Shown here: positions 17,791 to 29,914 of the stretch, piece after piece
Layout of the letters: each line of letters opens with the position of its first letter
How positions within the stretch are numbered: position 1 is the stretch's first letter
Assembly (NCBI RefSeq): GCF_009914755.1
Contig: NC_060934.1
From: the human T2T-CHM13v2.0 reference genome, Homo sapiens
Direction: 5' to 3' (one strand)
Length of the DNA stretch: 64,000 nucleotides
Translations under genes and position numbers: made by a program
Notes under the pieces: model-generated
Databases searched by the model: none
What the model saw: only the letters and a program-made list of their open reading frames with translations
Told to the model about the DNA's origin: nothing

Positions 17791-17994
17791 CCTACAGGGT
17801 AAAAAATTGTATTAGTGTGAGAGTTCTCCAGAGAAATAGGATCACATCTCTCATTAATAGAACTATATATGTGTGTATATGTAGATATACATCTCCTGTT
17901 GATCCTATACATAATATATATATATCTCCTATTGAGAGATATATATATATATCTTATCAATACAAACTTTTAAACAACCAGATCTCCTATTGAT

Positions 17995-18187
17995 ACAAAC
18001 TTTTGAACAACCGGATCTTGTGAGAACTCATTCACTATTGCAAGGATAGCATTAAGAGGATGGTGCTAAACCATTCATAAGAAATCTACCGGCATGATCC
18101 AATCATCTCCTGTCAGACCCCACCTCTAACATTGGAGATTACATTTCAACATGAGATTTGGGCAGGGTAAGTATCTGAACTATATCA
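17995..18187 (-). mobile_element. Partial MST LTR (5' half), inverted
   Basis: Reverse complement of the first ~190 bp of an MST LTR, ending actatatca. Confidence 0.85.
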
Positions 18188-18219
18188 GGTACTATTTTTC
18201 CTATTGATACATATATATG

Positions 18220-18221
<2 letters not shown>

Positions 18222-18262
<41 letters not shown>
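18222..18262. repeat. (CA)n microsatellite
   Basis: About 20 CA units. Confidence 0.95.
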
Positions 18263-18264
<2 letters not shown>

Positions 18265-18307
18265 TTGTTAGGATGTTCCTGTATATGAGAAGTTAAGAAA
18301 TAGCACC

Positions 18308-18706
18308 TGATATAGTTTGGATATTTTCCCCACCCAAATCTCACATTGAATTGTAATCCCCAGTGTTGGAGATGGGGCCTGGTGGGAGGTGATTGAAACA
18401 TGGGGGTGGATTTCTCATGAATGGTTTAGCACCATCCCCTTAGCACTGTCCTTGAGATAGTGAATGTGTTCTCGTGAGATCTGGTTATTTAGAAGTGTGT
18501 CTCTCATTTGCTTCTGCTTTCACCATGTGACGTGCCTGCTTCCCCTTCACCTTCCGTCATGATTGCAGGCTTCCCAAGGCCTCCCAGAAGCCAAGCAACA
18601 TGCTTCCTGTAAAGTCTGCAGAACTGTGAGCCAATTAAACCTCTTTTCTTCATAAATTACCCAGTCTCAGGTATTTCTTTATAGCAATGCGAGAAGGCCT
18701 AATATT
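18308..18706 (+). mobile_element. MSTA/MSTB-type solo LTR
   Basis: tgatatagtttgg...ggcctaatatt; 5-bp TSD gcacc (18303-18307) / gtacc (18707-18711). Confidence 0.9.
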
Positions 18707-19511
18707 GTACCAGATGATGTCTTCAGCCTCATCACAAAGATGCACATGATTAACTACTGAAGGAGCATGGGAAGCCACAGGGCACTGAGTTCTAAAGAGA
18801 CAGAGGGAGGTTACAAGATTCCAGTGCGGGGAGTGGGTGGGACCTTGTAGGCCAAGGGAGTGTTGAGCCAACCATGAAGCATACATGGAGTTCTGATAGA
18901 CCCATTAAAGGAAGGTGGACGAGAACAGCCATGAAGGTATGAGAGAGAGAGAGATTTATTACAGGGATTGGCTCATGAGATTATGGAGACTAAGAAGTCC
19001 CACAACCTGCTGTTTGCAAACTGGAGACCCAAGAAAGCCAGTGATGTCATTCAGTCTGAATATGAAGTACTGAGACCTGGAAGGGAATGGGGCTGGGAAA
19101 CAATGGCATAATACAAGTCCTGGTCCAAGTCCAAAGGCCTGAGAACCAGGAGCACTGATGTCTGAGGGTAGGAGAAGATGGATGTCGCGACCCAAACATA
19201 GACAGCAAATTGGCCCTTCCTTTGCCTTTTGTTCTCTTCCAGCCCTCAACAAATTGCATGGTGCCCCCCCCACACACACACAGAGTGGTGAGAGCCATAT
19301 TCTTTACTCAGTTTACTGATTCAGATGCCAGTCTCTTCTGGAAACACACTCAGGTACATACTCAGAATTAAGGTTTTACCAGGTTTCTAGGCATCCCTTA
19401 GCCCAGACAGAATTAACCATCACATAAACCAAGCAGAAATAAGCCACATTAAAAAACTAATCATTAACTTCAATAGTTTTAGGGTCCTAAAGAGACAAAA
19501 ACTAGAGTTCA

Positions 19512-19933
<422 letters not shown>

Positions 19934-20669
19934 TTATCAGATGAAGGTGATCCGCCAACACTCTACCAACCTGTTAAATCCTCTCTGAAGGAAGATAACA
20001 TCATTCAAAGTCTGTATGATTTTTCATGCACAATGTCCAACATTCAATTTGCAAATTACCAGACACGGCAGGGGATGGCAAAAATGGGGAAAAGGAGGAG
20101 GTAGAAAGAGATAAAATAGAAAATAGAAACGAACTGAGGTGCTCTAGATATTAGAGTTAATTGACATGAAATTTTAAATAACTATGATCAGCAGTTCAAG
20201 GAAATAATAAGAAAGACAAAGAATTTCACCAGAGAATTGGAATCTATAAGAAATAATCAAATGGAACTCCTTGAACTAAAAAGTGCAATGACAGAAATTA
20301 AGAATTCAACAGATTTGTTCAAACATTGATAATATACAGTAGTAGGCAGGTATAGTGACTTGAAGAGAGATAAAGAAAAAATACCCAGAATAAAGCAGCA
20401 CAGGAGAGGGGAAAAGTTTAGCAAACACACGGCAAACAGTAAAATTATCTGAAAAGGTGAAATTGAAGTTCTAGATGGACAGACGAGAAAATTGAGAAAA
20501 AGCAGTATTTCAAGAACTAGATCCTGAGAATTTTTCCAAACTGACAGATTTAAGAAGCTTGAATAACTCCACATTAGAGGATGCCTATAGATTTCCTTGC
20601 AGAGTCCTTCATCACCTAATAATAGCAGTCACTGAACTTTTAAGACAGCCCCCGGGGGAAGCGTTTAGG

Positions 20670-20850
20670 TCCATGCAAGTTATCTCATTACTTACCTCAC
20701 CCCTACAAGGTAAGAAAACCATCACTGGATGAGGAAACTGAGGCTGAAGTTTAATTCCTAGTCTGAGATCTAAGAATTACACTGTATGCATACACTGGAC
20801 CTGAGACTGGGACTAAACCTAGATCTGTTGGACTCCAAATCTTCTGCTAT
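20670..20850 (-). mobile_element. MIR
   Basis: gatgaggaaactgaggct core. Confidence 0.6.
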
Positions 20851-22229
20851 TAACCTCTTTGCTGAGTGTCTCAGGAGCAGGCATGAGGCCAGGGGAGTGT
20901 GACATTGAGGAAAGAGGGAGTAGCAGATGGGAGAAGGTTCCAGAAAGAGATATGGAGGCACATACATTAAACTCTATATTTCTTTGTTTTTTCCTGACTG
21001 CTGGTCTTATGCTCAGGAAGAAGCAACTCTTTTCCACCTTTCCCTCCCTCCTGCATGTCCTCCCACCCCTCCAGCACCCAAGATTCTGCTGTGGTCTGGT
21101 TCAGTCACATGGCGGGCTAAATAGACTTTCATGAGCTGCTGAGGAGCCCACCCTCCATTTGCAACACAGCTTCTATGGGAACATGTGTTCTGAATCCAAT
21201 GGCTCACTTGCCTTCGACCTCAATACACAATTTGTTCTCAAGTTAGGATGTGCATGTGCATGAGAAGTTAAGAAATACCGCTAGACAATGTCTTAGGCCT
21301 CATCACAAAGATGCACATGATTAATGACTGAAGGAGCATAGGAAGCCACCGGGCACTGAGATCTAAAGAGACAGAGAGATTGCACGTTTTCATTGGGGAG
21401 GTGGGGTCTGTAGACCAAGGAAATGTTGGGCCAGCCATGAAGCATACACAGAGTTCTGATCAACCCACTAGAGGAAGGTGGAGAAGAACAAATGGGCAGG
21501 GAGGAGCAAGGAGTTTACTTCCACCTTTGGGAAGCTTCAGAGATGTCCTCTTCAGGCTGCAGGGCACTCTGTCTTCCTTGGTTTCTAATCAGATATTAGG
21601 GAGGGGGGCTATAATTGTGCCTGGAATTTATCAGTTTGCTTTGCTGTTGAGTGTATTGTAGAGGCTACTGGTAGCCCTCCTAGGCCTCCCTCCATGCTAG
21701 CCCTAGGAGCTTGGCTCCTTCTGCCCACTTACTGCAGCCAAGCCTCCTGTTCTGGTTAGTCTAGCTCCAGAAACATTTAGGAGGCTCAGTCAGGTGCCAG
21801 GCCCTGAGCCATGACTGAGAAGACAGAGGAGAGTAAGAGGCAGTCGTGCCTCAGAGCCTCAGGGAAGAGGGCAGAGGCACAGAAGAGGAGTGTTCTACCA
21901 GGTGGGCATTGGGGCCAGGGCACCCAGATGAGGGGTCTGGGGAGGAAAGGAGGCTGAGACTGTAAGAGGGAAGCCAGAGTTTCAATGCTCAGGAACTGAG
22001 GAATCAGTTTTCTCGTGGCTCAGGGCCCCGTTCCTTCTCCACTTTATCTTTCTGCCTGCATGCTGAGAAGCAATACAGTGCAGTAGTTCAGAGCCGGGGT
22101 GAGGGGAAGCAGGGCTAGGCTGATTCTAGTTTCTCAACCAGAAATTTGAGCTTTGATCCCACACTTACCAGCTTGAGCCAGCCTTTTCTAAGTCCCAATT
22201 TCCTCATCTATAAAATGAAGATAACTTTA

Positions 22230-23161
22230 CAGTCAGTTTTGCTACAGTGTAACACATGCATTCCTAAATGGGGTTAGGGTATGAAACCCAAAACCTTGGT
22301 TAGTGACACATAAAATAACAGGCACCTAATAAAAATGGTAGTATTTGTGTTTTAGTCAGTTTGAGCTGGTATAACAAAAATACCATAGACTGGGGGGCTT
22401 AAACAACAGACATTTATTTCTCACAGTTCTGGAGGCTGGGAAGTCCAAGATTAAGTTGCAGCCAATTTGGTTCCTGGTTTGCAGAAAGCCATCTTCTTGT
22501 TGTGTCCTCATATTGCAGAGAGCAGGGAGAAGAAGCAAGCTCTCTTGTGTCTTTTCTTATAAGAATGCTCATCGCCTCATAACAGCTCCACCCTCATGAC
22601 CTAAGCCCCCATTAACTCCCAAAAGCCCATCTCCAAATACATCACATTTGGGATTAAAGTTTCAACATATGACTTTATGGGTCGGCAGCAGGGACACAGA
22701 CATTCAGTCCATAGCATACTGTTTTACACATGTTAACTGGTTAAATACATAACTACCGCAAATAAGTATGGTGCTTTACCTTGAACAAGAGCTAAAGTTT
22801 GCTTGTGGAAGTGGCATCAGGTAAGTTGCAGCTTGTGAGTTATTATGAAGTACTGGAAGGAGGATAATCTAAAATTGGATGCAAAGAGGTAACATTGGAT
22901 GTGAATGAATGCACCTCTGGGTACATGGTAACTGAGGCAGCTGATAGATGTTTAAGGCATGTACATATGTGCATTTTTTGTATCCCTATCCAGTTCTGTT
23001 CAGCTGGATGCAATCTTCTGTGATCACTTAGTTGTGTGTGTGTAGACAAAATTATACATAAGCAAATGCAACATTTGCATATGATTAAATTGTTTCCTAG
23101 TATGTCAATTGTATTGAACAAATCTTCATTTTTAAAATGAGTACCATAGCAGAACTAGCTG
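22230..23161. mobile_element. TcMar-Tigger non-autonomous DNA element (Tigger13a-like)
   Basis: Imperfect TIRs cagtcagttttgcta / tagcagaactagctg, TA TSD on both sides; interrupts a MIR. Confidence 0.6.
22348..22716 (-). mobile_element. MLT1A0-type LTR
   Basis: ataacaaaaataccatagactggggggcttaaacaacagacatttatttctcacagttctggaggctgggaagtccaag...cattcagtccatagca. Confidence 0.85.
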
Positions 23162-23559
23162 TACTAACTACCTCATGGGATGTCATGAGGATTAAGTGAC
23201 ATAATTCATGTAAGTGTTGAACCCAGGGCCTGATAAGTGGTGAATAAGTGTTGCTAGTGTAATGAATATATATCAAATCATTATATTTTAAACAAATCAA
23301 AGAATGAATCAGTGAACACAAGAATGCCTAATTGTGGAGTGGGGAGCAGTAATTTAGGAAGTGTGTGTGTGGTGGGAGGAGGAAGGCTGATGATTTATCT
23401 TGCTAAAGAGAAACTTCCTCTAGGAGTAAATGATTTCAGAGACCAGCAGCAGGCTATGCTATGCCCTGTAACCAGGAGGACAAACTACATACCCTCCTTG
23501 CACCCATTAGCATGAATATGATCACAGGGGTATGTCTGTCCCACCACTATGCAGGTCTC

Positions 23560-23994
23560 AAAGCCTAACACTTATTATATTTTATAGATCAGAAATTTTG
23601 GCAGGGCTCAGCTGGGTGATTCTTCTTTTCCTCATGGTATAAACAGAGGTCACTTGGTGTTATTCAGCTAGCAGGTGGGCTGGTGTGGAGGGTCCAAAAT
23701 AACTTCTTTCACATGTCTGTTGCCTTGGAATGACTAGAAGGCCAAGCCCAGCCAGGACTGCCAACTGGAGCACCTACATGTCACCTCTCCAGGATAGTCC
23801 TGATTCCAAGAGCCAGGAAGTAGATGCTGCAAGTCTTCTTACCTAGCCTTGGTAGTTCTAGAAAAATAGTTCTTGAACTCTCTACCAATTAAGAAGGTTA
23901 CTAAGCCCAACCTAGATTCAAGGGCAGAAGAGTTAAGCTAGGTTTCAGTGAGTGGGGAAAGCAAACACTCTGGTACCATCTTTAATCTACCACA
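23560..23994 (-). mobile_element. MLT1H-like LTR
   Basis: gcagggctcagctgggtgattctt...ccatctttaatctaccaca. Confidence 0.7.
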
Positions 23995-24827
23995 GTGCTC
24001 TTGAAAACTCAACTCCAGCAACATCTCCAGAAAACTGAAGTGAAGCTCTCTGCTGTAGATGACCCTCCTCGGATTTTCTACTGTAAACCACGCATATTAC
24101 AGCTATGATATGTGGCATACTCTGTGCTGTGTGCATTGGTTTATCAAATGCTGCCCATGGGCCGCAAGCTTCAGTGGGGTAGTGACTGTCATTTAATTTT
24201 GGATTTGTAGTGTCTTTGTATAGTCTCTGGCACATGAAAGGCCCTTAATAAATCTTAAGTAAGTGGGTGAATGAATAAACTAACAAATAAATAAAAAAGG
24301 ATGACCTTCACCTCTTCTGTTGAAGGATGATGCCCCAAGAGCAGGAACCATGGCTGTGCCCCTTGTCTCCCCAACACAGAATACACTGTCTGACACTTAG
24401 TCAATACTTAATCAATGTCTGTTGAAAACCCAAACACATATGCTCACATACTCAGACTCTGCTATCCAGCTGTGGCTGAGGGTCCTCACACAGCAAAATG
24501 AGGAGAATGTTTTCAGCCACAGTCTGAGGCTGAAGCAGGTTGGGCTGAAATCAAGACCTGAGTGTTGGGACTTCTGGTTCTAGTGATGGGGTCAGGAATT
24601 AGAGCAAGTTGCCCCTGTGAACACCAAGAGAAAGGGACAAATGAAAACTGGACTGAGGGGTGGAAGCAAGGAGGAACTAGAAGTTAGCTTTCCTGCTGCT
24701 CTATCTTTTCAGTGGAGAGCACTTTCATTCACACATGCATCAGATGGGGAGGGCGACTCATTGCCAATATTTGTCAAAGTTCTCCACAAAGACCTGCCCC
24801 TTAGTATACACCAATACACACATGCAT

Positions 24828-24857
<30 letters not shown>
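24828..24857. repeat. (CA)n microsatellite
   Basis: About 14 CA units. Confidence 0.9.
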
Positions 24858-24859
<2 letters not shown>

Positions 24860-27269
24860 CAGCTTTGGGTTCAGGTCAAGTGGGAGAACTTTGGAAAGAA
24901 GGAGCCCTGCCATAGAAAATGAGTATTTACTAACGTGGGTGCTATTAGTTACCATTTGCAGTGAACCAGGTGTCGACTGTGTCACTATTTTAAGTCTAAT
25001 TTAATTTAGCATTTGGACTGGATGTGTGCTATTTATAAGGAATGATACCAACTGTGGCTTTGGTCTTGGAGCAGGTGGGAGCCACTTTAGCCTGTGGAGG
25101 CCGTGGTCTGCACAGTTCCCAGTTTGGGTTCTGTAGCAGACGCCCCACCCCAGGCACTGCCTCAGACAATTACACAGGCCAAGTGCTCAGGAGCCGTCAG
25201 CCCACAGATAATAGCTCTGCAGGAGCTCATTGAAGAGAGTCTCAGACCCTGTCTTTGCTGAGGCCTCTGTGGTTAGAATGCGCAGGACAAGGAATGTGCT
25301 CGAGACCCACGGCTTTGTCCTGCCTGGTCTAACCCCTCAGGAAAGATGCGATGAAATGGTTTGTCCCGGCTGGGTGACCCCCTTCCTCACACAGGCCTTT
25401 GGTATCTTCCACTGGACACAAAGAAAGGGCCTCCACAAGTCTCCCTGAATGGGAGCAATGGCTGAGCTGAGCTCTGAGACATACCCTGGCATTCTTGGGT
25501 TTCCCACACATGCCCAGGGTGCCTATGGGGACTTTTTCCAGAACAAATTGAAGGTATACACCCTGACCGGAGAGGTGGCCACTGTGACCAGAGCCCGGCA
25601 TAGCAAAGTCACAGGTCTGGCTGGAGGAGGGGCAAGGACTGTGAAATCCCAGCAGGCAGCCAGCAGTGAGCAGGCCAACAGCATCCTCAACGGAGGACGA
25701 TTTCTTCAAACACAACTGCATGACAAACAAGTCAGGGTGGGGCATACAAACCAGACAGCTCTGCTGGAGGCCGAGGTAGAAGCTGAGTGGGGATAAGGGT
25801 CCGCTCCAAGCCCTCCTCAGTGACACAGCAAATCTAGGGGTTGGTGGAGAGCGCTCATCCTCACCCCCAATCTGCAGTTCCAGACCTCGGATACTGATCT
25901 GACGGACACAGCCATCTTCAAAGGGAACTCGGCACCACACCCAATATTCAGGCTGTAAATAAAGCCAGCACAACAAGCTCCTGGGAAACGCTGAGCCGAG
26001 CCTGCTACCTGGCAGGCAGCATATCATTTCCCGAGCCTCCCTGGCCCAGTGCCCACCCTTCAGTTCTCTGTCCCTCCCAGCCTGGGCACAGGGGCGGTAA
26101 CACATTTTAAATTAGACCTGTCCCTTTTCCATTCGTGAGCTGTCAGACTGCTTACAAGGGGTCAAACCTGGCGTTCTGTCTGGGGCACGGTGACGAGGGT
26201 TGCCAGACCCCAGGCCCAGGTGGGCACATGTTTGTGAGTTGGGTCTGAGCCCTGGAAGGTTCTGATCCACTTTAGAGTTGCAGGCTTGATTGGGAAGAGG
26301 AATTTCCAGTGCAGCACAATTTGACTGAAGCTTTTCTAATGCTTAGAAAGAAGGCACGCCACTGAAGTTTGTTTTTCCCTTGTCATCTTTAATTCATTAC
26401 CTGGCGCAAAGGAAAGTGGAGACATATTTCTGACGGGTTGTTTTTATTAGTCATTACAGCGTGGTGAGTGTGTCGTCTTTCTGAGTGCACACATGCAATG
26501 TCGTGTCACTGTGCAACCTGGTTCCCAACGTGGCCCCTTGGCGTCCCAGTTCTCGCTCCCTAAGGGCCAGGGACATGCCCTTTCTGTTTGGAAATGTCAG
26601 CCTGGTCTCCTTGGCTTCCCCTCTTTCCCCATTCCTCCAGAAAAGTAGGCCTGGGAGGAAAGACTGGGTTCTCCAGCGCCTGCTGATTTTCTTGGAAATG
26701 ATGGGCATAATGCCCAATTTGCTATTTCCCTAGTTTCCAATGGCTGTTTCTAAAGAGGAAAGCAATCCTCTCCTTTCTTGCAGGCGGAAATGAGGAGTTG
26801 AAGAGGTGGGGAGCGCTGGGGGATGCAGGCACATGTAAACCTGCTATTTCCTTTTCTTAGAGGCGGGGAACAGTCACCCTCCCAGCTAACATTTACCTCC
26901 AGGGAGAAATGTCACTTCCATTGGCTTGCATCTTTTCTCCCTCTATCGTGTGTGACAGTATTTTTCTATCGCGTGCGATGCACACACCTTACTCTCGGGG
27001 AGATTTATGGAGATCAAGGGCTTCTTCTTTCCCTTGGTGGAAATTGCCGGCCCCAGAGCTGTCTGGGTTGTTTCTATAAAACTGTCGAGACATATTCTGA
27101 ACAATGATCCTGGATATTTGCAGGCCTTACTCCCCTCTTAGCTCCCATCTTTCTTCCCCAAAGAAAGCCTCTTTTCTTTCTTTCTCTCATCTTTTGAGTC
27201 CATACCTCAGGGGGGCTGTAACTGGGACCCCAGGCCTGAGACAGATCAATGGCAATTGATTAATTCAGA

Positions 27270-27375
27270 GGGAGAGAGTGGCGTGTATGTGCGTAGGTGA
27301 GAGAAAGAGAAATAGAGACAGACACAGAGACAGAGACAGAGACAGACTGAAAGAGAGACAGACAGACACAGAGAC
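27270..27375. repeat. (GA)/(GACA)-rich simple repeat
   Basis: gagacagagacagagacagac pattern. Confidence 0.8.
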
Positions 27376-27544
27376 TGTTTGCATGCATCCTGCAATCATG
27401 CCCTGCTATTTTAGACTTAAGCTTCACTCTTGACCATTTATTTTTTTTAAAAAGCCAGAATAATAGATCATGATAACATTATAATAGCAACCTGATGATA
27501 ATGAATGCAACATAGGTCATTAAGGAACGTATTCAGGGCAAGAC

Positions 27545-27720
27545 TTGCTAACACAGTAAAGCTCACTATGTGCCAGGAACTGTTCTGAGCACTTCGCATA
27601 CATGAACTCATATCAAGTAAATAACCTCGCCACAGTCGTATGATGTAGCATCTATGAGGTTAGTGCTGTTACCAGTTACCCTATTTTACATTGAAGAAAC
27701 CCCACTCCATTGAGAAAAAA
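27545..27720 (-). mobile_element. MIR
   Basis: gctcactatgtgccaggaactgttctgagcac...cctattttacattgaagaaac. Confidence 0.6.
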
Positions 27721-27959
27721 AATAGCAGAGGGAGTCTTCCAAGTTTCTAGGAAGCTGTAGCCATTCAGGATCTTTTGGGGCAATTCAGCACGGCAGGGTT
27801 GTGACATCTGGGCTGTCTGGGTGACTCGCCATGTGCTTAATTGATTCCTCATTTTTCCAAGGGTCTGGCACTTATTGAAGCCCTTGGAACATTGATGCAT
27901 ATTGTGTATGACCAGAGGGAAGAGGGTAAATGAATGATTAAGTGACGCTTATCAAAGGC

Positions 27960-28187
27960 CTCACTTCAAAGTGGGGTGGCCATAGGAAAAAGGGTTCTGT
28001 GGTCAGTGAAACTAGGAAATAATAAGTTAAATAGACTAGAAGTTTAGTTATTCACAGAACTTCTGAGAGCTTTGAACATGGTAACATGCACTGTGACCCT
28101 TCCTAAAGAAAACAGAGAATGAAGCCTTTTCTGGCATGTTAGACTTCTTTGTGAGAGACGCTTATGGGGCTGGAGTTCCGTGGACTA
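27960..28187. mobile_element. MER103C-like hAT-Charlie element, interrupted by MER44
   Basis: agggttctgtggtca...gaacttctgagagctttgaacatggtaacatgcactgtga; remainder tactttgggaaac after 28875. Confidence 0.5.
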
Positions 28188-28189
28188 TA

Positions 28190-28874
28190 CAGTAGTCTCG
28201 GTTATCCACACTTTTGCTTTCCTTGGTTTCAGTTACCCATTGCCAACCATGGTCTGAAAATATTAAATGGAAAAGTCCAAAAGTAAACAATTCATGCATT
28301 TTAAATTGCACACTTCCGAGTAGCACAATGACATCTCACCCACACTGTCCCACTCCTGGCCTTCCTGGGACGTGAATCCTCCATTTGTCTGGCATCTCCA
28401 CACTGTCTACACCACCCAGTGCTTGTGTCCAAGTAACCCTAATTTTACTTAATAATGGCCCCAAAGCACAGGAGTAGTGATGCTGGCAATATGGATATGC
28501 CAAAGAGAAGCTATAATGTGCTTCTTTTAAGTGAAAAGGTGAAAGTTCTCAACTTAAGGAGGAAAGAAAACAATTATATGCTGATGTTTCTATGATCTAC
28601 AGTAAAAATAATCTATCTGTAAAATTGTAAAGAAGGAAAAGGTAATTTGGACTAGTTATGCTGTCTCACCTCAGTCTGCCAAAGTTACAGCCACAGTTCA
28701 TGATAAATGCTTAATTAAGATGAAAAGGGCATTAGATTTGTGGGTGGAACACGTGAACAGAGCCATATTGCAATGAACAGCAATCAGGTTTCTTACTATC
28801 TGTGGTTTCAGGCATCCACTAGGGGTCTTCAAATGTATCACCACAGATGGAGGGCGGCAGGTGGGGGACTACTG
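28190..28874 (+). mobile_element. MER44 (Tigger7 family) DNA transposon
   Basis: TIRs cagtagtc.../...gggggactactg, TA TSD; ggtttcagttaccc...ggtctgaaaatattaaatggaaaa. Confidence 0.85.
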
Positions 28875-29914
28875 TACTTTGGGAAACTGTGTCTGATATG
28901 ACCTAGAACTTGAGACATGTCTCTGGTTGTCTGAAAAGACCTGAATGTTTGGAGATACAGAAAGAATTTGGATATACCATTTGGGAGACATAAAGCACAG
29001 TGGAACCCCGGAACCTGCTGTGTCTGATGAGCTATCCTCCCCACATCTTTACCTTTGGGCCAGTGTACCTGGAGGGGACATTCTGAATATCAGTGACATC
29101 CCAGAAGGAAAGCGCCCAGCCCTTCTCCTTCTCTGTGCAGGGTTCTCTCACCACCAGCAGCAAATGGATGGCAAGCCTATTGATGTTCCTAAAATAGGGC
29201 TCCTATGAGTCAAAAACTTCATATGTGATTCCATGAAGCTTTGTGAACACCAGCTATGCTTCACCACCAATAAGCAGCACTACTGATAGGATTGATGGCC
29301 AAAAACCTCACGGTACTTCACTAGGAGGACCATTTATAGATGCAGACAGTACAAAAGGATGAGGCCAAAAGGACCCCATTGGAAGATACGTAACTTCTGA
29401 GCAGGCAGGAAGAAAACTTGGCAGGGAAGCATCCCCACTGTTAGCAGCTACAGAAAATAATTATGTATACAACAACCATACTTTGAAGCCCTCCCCAGTA
29501 ACCAGTAATTGACTGTCCTAAAGAAGCTTCCTTTGGGATGCTTTCACACCCAACCTATTCTTATTGCTTGTTCCAGGTACACAATGTTCCCCTTCTGACT
29601 AAAGTAACTGTTTTTCTTGCCTCTACTCTCACCCACCTCCTGGACACACTGCAAGATTAATATTCCTAAAACATTGTCTTCCCCATGTTGATTTCTCTCT
29701 TCAAACATTTTGAACGTCAGTTTGAATGTGGCTTCAATCTTGCCACCCTACCTTATTCCCACATGGGGTCTCTATACAGCCCCTATGATCCAGCCAAAAT
29801 TGTACTTCTTCCAAAAGTTGCACATCCATTAAATACTCTGGTTATGTTCCCACTCAGTCAGCTTGGTTTATGTTGATTTCCAGCCTCAAACATCATTTTA
29901 AGAGTGATATCAGA

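Larger units (their letters stand above)
17808..19424 (-). mobile_element. MLT2B-type LTR, disrupted within its internal microsatellite
   Basis: tgtattagt...gagttctccagagaaa at left; gagagagatttattacagggattggctcatg...aattaaccatcaca at right; foreign material at about 17950-18940. Confidence 0.8.
22070..23260 (+). mobile_element. MIR split by a Tigger-like element
   Basis: tttcctcatctataaaatgaagata before 22230; resumes ctacctcatgggatgtcatgaggattaag after 23163. Confidence 0.65.

Noticed and set aside
25329-26105. Longest ORF (258 aa, minus strand)
   Set aside because: No recognisable domain, Cys/Trp/Leu/Ser-rich composition typical of non-coding frames, and no exon structure.
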